Under the pieces are notes generated by a model. That model was not told the DNA's origin. It saw only the letters and a list, made by a program, of their open reading frames with translations, and made no database searches. From Paracoccus suum (GTDB taxonomy: Bacteria; Pseudomonadota; Alphaproteobacteria; Rhodobacterales; Rhodobacteraceae): a stretch of 32,000 bases of DNA. The stretch lies in assembly GCF_003324675.1 (NCBI RefSeq), contig NZ_CP030918.1, positions 1,530,001-1,562,000 on the forward strand, written 5' to 3'. Made by a program: the position numbers and the translations under genes. Shown in pieces: positions 28,791 to 32,000 of this stretch (positions within the stretch are counted from its first letter, which is position 1; every line of letters begins with the position of its first letter).

Positions 28791-29050
28791 CGCAATCCCT
28801 CGTCACCGTCCGCCCTATCCGATTGCCGGATAGAGAAAGGGCGGATCGGGCCGCTGCCACTGCCCGATCCGCCGCCCTCGTTCCCATTCCTGGGGCCCGG
28901 TTGTTCCGGGCTGGTCCGACCTCGTTGCGCCACCTGGGGGAGGTGCTGCTCGCGCGCGGGCCGTCCTTTTGCGAAAACGGGTTGCCTGTATGAAGCTGCC
29001 TGCTTCGGGGTCTTTGACGCCCCTTATTCTCCCGTCCTCGTGAGGAAGGG
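28791..29050 (-). ncRNA. Candidate extended, structured 5' leader / leader-derived sRNA of the dcw operon (UpsM-like); 5' end not determined
   Basis: About 260 nt with no credible coding potential between the phased repeats and mraZ. Several hairpins can be read on the minus strand: GGGGCGTC-AAA-GACCCC, GCCCGG-AACAA-CCGGGC, the terminator hairpin, and CTATCCG-GCAAT-CGGATAG. By analogy with my recollection of the R. sphaeroides dcw leader RNA UpsM. Confidence 0.35.
28832..28873 (-). terminator. Intrinsic terminator/attenuator inside the mraZ leader
   Basis: The minus strand reads GGCGGATCGGG-CAGTGGCAGCGG-CCCGATCCGCC: a perfect 11 bp GC-rich stem (28863-28873 / 28840-28850) followed by CTTTCTCT. 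Its 3' end is about 42 nt upstream of the mraZ GTG. Confidence 0.55.
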
Positions 29051-29071
29051 ATGCCATGGGATTTCATGGGT
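29047..29071 (+). promoter_or_regulatory. Three phased TGGGN-type direct repeats (AGGGA-tgcca-TGGGA-tttca-TGGGT), candidate MraZ box
   Basis: Pentamers at 29047-51, 29057-61 and 29067-71 have exact 10 bp periodicity and 5 nt spacers, which is the architecture described for the E. coli MraZ operator. Here they lie on the strand opposite to mraZ, about 260-280 bp upstream of its start. Confidence 0.35.
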
Positions 29072-29494
29072 AGCAACGGAAAATTTTGCGACAGTCCTTC
29101 GATGCAGCGAAGGGTCGCTCGTGAACGAAGATCGAACATAAGCGAGACGGCCGAAATTATGTCCACATATAGTCGAGTACCACCCATACCTCTCTAGGTG
29201 TGGTAGTAGAAAACAGTGACTTTTTTGACCCATGTTTTCCCAGATCGTAAGCGGCGGTCTCCGTGCCGACCAGTCGAGGCCTGTCAAAGCTCCATCCGCC
29301 GTCCCTCCTCGAATCGGAATCACGGCGCCTCACGGCCACGTGAATCCCGAAATTTCCCTTTAAACGGGTGATTTCTTCTCCCGACGGCAGTTCGCGCCGC
29401 CCGCACAGTTCCAGCCCAGTCCCATGATTTCCCAGGGGTCGCCGCTCGCGCGATTCGCCGCCGCCCGCTTGCCGCATCCACCGATTATGGCTAA

Positions 29495-29665
29495 GGCGGC
29501 GACATCTCGGTTCCGGGCGTGCCCGGTGAAAAGGGAACGCGGTTCGACGCCGCGGCTGCCCCCGCAACTGTAAGCGGAGAGCGAGGCCGGACAACGCCAC
29601 TGCCGCAAGCGCGGCGGGAAGGCCCGGCCAAGCATCGACCCGCAAGCCAGGAGACCTGCCGAGGT
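29495..29665 (+). promoter_or_regulatory. Cobalamin (AdoCbl) riboswitch
   Basis: Conserved core read directly: GGTTCC...GGTGAAAAGGGAACGCGGTTCGA..GCCGCGGCTGCCCCCGCAACTGTAAGCGG...CGCCACTG...GGGAAGGC...CCCGCAAGCCAGGAGACCTGCC (B12 box at 29644-29660). It lies upstream of a TonB-dependent receptor gene. Confidence 0.9.
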
Positions 29666-29825
29666 CGATCACCCAGTCCGGGCGCGGGGCGCGCCGGGGG
29701 CGCGGACAGGTCCGTCGCGGTGGCGCCAAACGAACGTCCGCAAGCGGCCCTCGGGCCGCAAGCCGGACGGCCACCGCAACTTGCGCCGGAACGTCCGGCG
29801 CCCGACCGCAAGGACGCGATCCGTC

Positions 29826-31739
29826 ATGCCATTCCATCCCGGCCCCCGCCCCGCCACCGCCGCACTGGCCTTGCTGACGGCAATGGCGGTCCCCCTCGCA
29901 AGCCATGCCCAGACCGCTGCCGAAGCCAAGCTAGGCGCGACGCTCACCCTCGATCCGATCATCCTGTCCGCCGGCCTGACGCCGGTGCCGCAGGACGAAT
30001 ATGGCCGCGCCGCGACCGTGCTGGACGGCGATGCGCTGCGTGAAAAGGGCGTTCAGACCCTGACCGAGGCGCTGCGCGAAGTTCCGGGCATCAGCCTGGT
30101 CGGCAGCGACCCGGCGACCAACACCGCCCGTATCCGCGGCCATTCCGGCGCACAGACGCTCGTGCTGATCGACGGGGTCGAGCAGATCGCCGACCTCGGC
30201 GGCACCGCGCTCGGCCGCTTGCCGATCGCCGACATCGCCCGGATCGAGGTGCTGCGCGGCCCGCAGGCGGCCAGTATCGGCACCGGCGCCGCGGCCGGCG
30301 TCATCTCGATCGTGACCCGCCAATCCGCGCCCGGGCTGCACTACGGCGGCAGCGTCGAGGCGGGCGGGGCGCGCGGCGCCTCGGCCTGGGTCTCGCAGCG
30401 CGGCGCGCGGGCTGGCATCCTGATGGCCACCGAATGGCGCGAGGATCTGGGCTGGGATGTCTCGGGCGACGGCGGCGAAAAGGACGGCGTCATCAGCCGC
30501 GGCATCCGCCTCGCCGGGGACGCGGCGCTGACCGACGATCTGACCGTCGGCTTCAACCTGCGCCGCGCGACCGAGAGCTATGACTTTGACACCACCTCCT
30601 TCGGTCCGACCAGCGAGTCCGACTACATCGTTGACGACCGCTATCCCCATGGCCGCGCCGACCGCCAACAGGGCCAACTGTGGCTGGAGTGGCGCGCCAC
30701 CCCGGCGCTGACCCACCGGCTGTCCTATGACGATGCCCGTTACGAACGGACCAATGCCTTTTCCGCCGCCTTCCCGGCGACAGAAACCGACGTCTCGCGG
30801 CGCGCGCTGCGCTATCGCCTCAGCTATGCGCTGGACGGTCGCGCGGCGCTGGAATCGACCAACCTCGTCAGCCTGATGGCCGAGCGGGTGGTCGATGACA
30901 GCCCGTTGGACGACCGCTTTGACCGCGCCACCAACACGCTGGCGCTGGAATACCGCGGCGAGGTCGCGCCCGGCCTCAGCGTGCAAGGCGCGGTGCGGCG
31001 CGATGCCAACGACGCCTATCGCGATGCAACCTCGTGGAATGCGGCGCTGGCTTATGTGATCCCGGGCCGTGACATCAAGCTGCATGCCTCGGCCGGGGAT
31101 GGCCGTCGCAAGCCGGTATTCTACGAATTGTTTGGCGACGGCATCTACACCATCGCCAATCCCGACCTGGCGCCCGAGCGGGTGCGCAGCCTCGATGCCG
31201 GCGTCACCCTGCCGCTGGGCGGGCGCGGACAGGCCGACGTGACCCTGTTTGCCGAAAACGCGACTGACCGCATCGCCTACGTCAGCCAGCCGGATTTCAC
31301 CGGCCAGTACCGGAACGTGCCCGGCACCAGCAAGCGGCGCGGGGTCGAGGCCTCGTTCCAGTGGGAGGCGAGCGATCAGTTGGCCCTGCGCGGCCACGCC
31401 ACCTGGCTGCGCAGCACCGATCCGCAGGGCGAACAGGAACTGCGCATCCCGCGCAGCCAGATCGGCCTTGGCGCGACCTGGACCACCGCCGACGGCCGCG
31501 GCAGCCTCAGTGCCGATCTGCGCCACCTCGCGGGGCTGCGCGACATGGACCAGGTGCGTTTTGCGCCAGTCAAGCTGGACAGCTTTTCGGTGATCGATGC
31601 CGCTGGGCGCTGGGCGCTGAATGATGCCGTGGCGCTGACAGCGCGGGTCGACAACCTGACCGACAGCGCCGCCGTCGATGTCTGGGGATATGCCTCGCGC
31701 GGGCGCACGGCCTATGTCGGACTTGCGGCGAATTTCTGA
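29826..31739 (+). CDS. btuB: TonB-dependent outer-membrane receptor, BtuB-like (cobalamin/corrinoid uptake)
   Basis: Signal peptide (ALALLTAMAVPLASHAQT), TonB box (TLDPIILSA), plug domain (IEVLRGPQAA), beta-barrel repeats and a terminal aromatic residue (LAANF). Controlled by the upstream B12 riboswitch. Start at MPFHPGP preceded by AAGGA. The gene symbol rests on context, not on a verified orthologue. Confidence 0.85.
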   Translation: MPFHPGPRPATAALALLTAMAVPLASHAQTAAEAKLGATLTLDPIILSAGLTPVPQDEYGRAATVLDGDALREKGVQTLTEALREVPGISLVGSDPATNTARIRGHSGAQTLVLIDGVEQIADLGGTALGRLPIADIARIEVLRGPQAASIGTGAAAGVISIVTRQSAPGLHYGGSVEAGGARGASAWVSQRGARAGILMATEWREDLGWDVSGDGGEKDGVISRGIRLAGDAALTDDLTVGFNLRRATESYDFDTTSFGPTSESDYIVDDRYPHGRADRQQGQLWLEWRATPALTHRLSYDDARYERTNAFSAAFPATETDVSRRALRYRLSYALDGRAALESTNLVSLMAERVVDDSPLDDRFDRATNTLALEYRGEVAPGLSVQGAVRRDANDAYRDATSWNAALAYVIPGRDIKLHASAGDGRRKPVFYELFGDGIYTIANPDLAPERVRSLDAGVTLPLGGRGQADVTLFAENATDRIAYVSQPDFTGQYRNVPGTSKRRGVEASFQWEASDQLALRGHATWLRSTDPQGEQELRIPRSQIGLGATWTTADGRGSLSADLRHLAGLRDMDQVRFAPVKLDSFSVIDAAGRWALNDAVALTARVDNLTDSAAVDVWGYASRGRTAYVGLAANF

Positions 31740-32000
31740 TGCTGTCGCGGCGGCGGGGCTGGCCCTCGCCGTTGCGGCCGGCGGTATCCCGGCCGCCGGC
31801 CCGGCCGTCCCGCAGCGCGTGGTTTCCATAAACCTTTGCACCGACCAGCTTGCGCTGATGCTCGCGGCGCCGGGGCAGCTCGCCTCGGTCACCGCCTTTG
31901 CCCAGGACCCGCGGCAATCGGCCATGGCAGACGCCGCGCGCGCGCTGCCGGCCAACCATGCCCGCGCAGAGGAGGTGTACCTTCTGCGCCCTGACCTGGT
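31714..32000 (+). CDS. Periplasmic ABC-transporter substrate-binding protein (BtuF/FecB-like), 3'-partial at window edge
   Basis: Not in the ORF track because it has no stop inside the window. Hand translation from the ATG at 31714 gives MSDLRRISDAVAAAGLALAVAAGGIPAAGPAVPQRVVSINLCTDQLALMLAAPGQLASVTAFAQDP...EEVYLLRPDLV: a signal peptide plus the RVVSL..TE.L..LG-type N-terminus of class III binding proteins. It overlaps the btuB 3' end by 26 nt. Confidence 0.6.
   Translation, partial: MSDLRRISDAVAAAGLALAVAAGGIPAAGPAVPQRVVSINLCTDQLALMLAAPGQLASVTAFAQDPRQSAMADAARALPANHARAEEVYLLRPDL

Noticed and set aside
29155-29170. DnaA-box-like sequence (ATGTCCACA within AATTATGTCCACATAT)
   Set aside because: It is a single 7/9 match to TTATCCACA. 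There is no cluster of boxes and no AT-rich unwinding repeats, and the locus is not the usual alphaproteobacterial origin context (hemE).
29051-29197. 48-codon + strand ORF (MPWDFMGSNGKFCDSPSMQRR...) with AGGA 4 nt upstream of the ATG
   Set aside because: Third codon positions are largely A/T, unlike every confident gene in the window. There are no TM or recognisable features. It overlaps the phased repeats and the hairpin. It cannot be excluded as a foreign micro-ORF, but the sequence gives it no support.
29024-29323. 99 aa - strand ORF covering the low-GC island (and the 80 aa ORF 28815..29057)
   Set aside because: Atypical codon usage, no SD, no motifs. The region is better explained as regulatory or leader DNA.
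29931-31955. 674 aa ORF on the - strand
   Set aside because: It is antisense to the TonB-dependent receptor gene. It has no motifs, and the + strand product has a signal peptide, TonB box, plug and a terminal Phe.
1-32000. Scan for CRISPR arrays, tRNA/rRNA genes, transposase/integrase genes, and direct repeats flanking the TA module
   Set aside because: By eye I found no repeat-spacer periodicity, no tRNA-like cloverleaf candidates, no DDE or tyrosine-recombinase motifs in any long ORF, and no duplicated flanks around 14300-15280. A manual scan can miss short or degenerate elements.

Overview
High-GC (about 65-70% in coding regions) alphaproteobacterial chromosome segment, most consistent with a Rhodobacterales (Rhodobacter/Paracoccus-like) genome. 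Almost all of it is core housekeeping. Left to right:
- + strand: a 5'-partial P1B heavy-metal ATPase and an L,D-transpeptidase lipoprotein.
- A divergent ArsR-family (BigR/SqrR-like) repressor facing a translationally coupled yeeE-half / yeeE-half / MBL-fold (persulfide-dioxygenase-like) operon.
- dusA, mazG (-), an M20 amidohydrolase, then yajC-secD-secF, an Mth938-like gene and ccmABCDG as one long + strand block.
- An Xre(DUF2384)/RES toxin-antitoxin pair.
- - strand: the 5' half of the dcw cluster (mraZ-rsmH-ftsL-ftsI-murE-murF-mraY-murD-ftsW-murG-murC-DUF2484). It stops after murC; murB/ddl/ftsQAZ are not here.
- A ~700 bp non-coding region upstream of mraZ.
- + strand: a cobalamin riboswitch, a BtuB-like TonB-dependent receptor and the start of a BtuF-like binding protein.

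I saw no rRNA, tRNA, CRISPR array, transposase or integrase. I do not see convincing evidence of a wholly new multi-gene system. The leads most worth a second look:
1. The long, structured mraZ leader with an internal intrinsic terminator (UpsM-like), three phased TGGGN repeats and a ~48% GC island.
2. The RES/Xre module wedged at the ccm/dcw junction, with convergent stop codons 4 nt apart.
3. The sulfide-sensor-like module with a palindromic operator over its promoter.

Many long ORFs in the six-frame track are antisense shadows typical of high-GC DNA and were not called.
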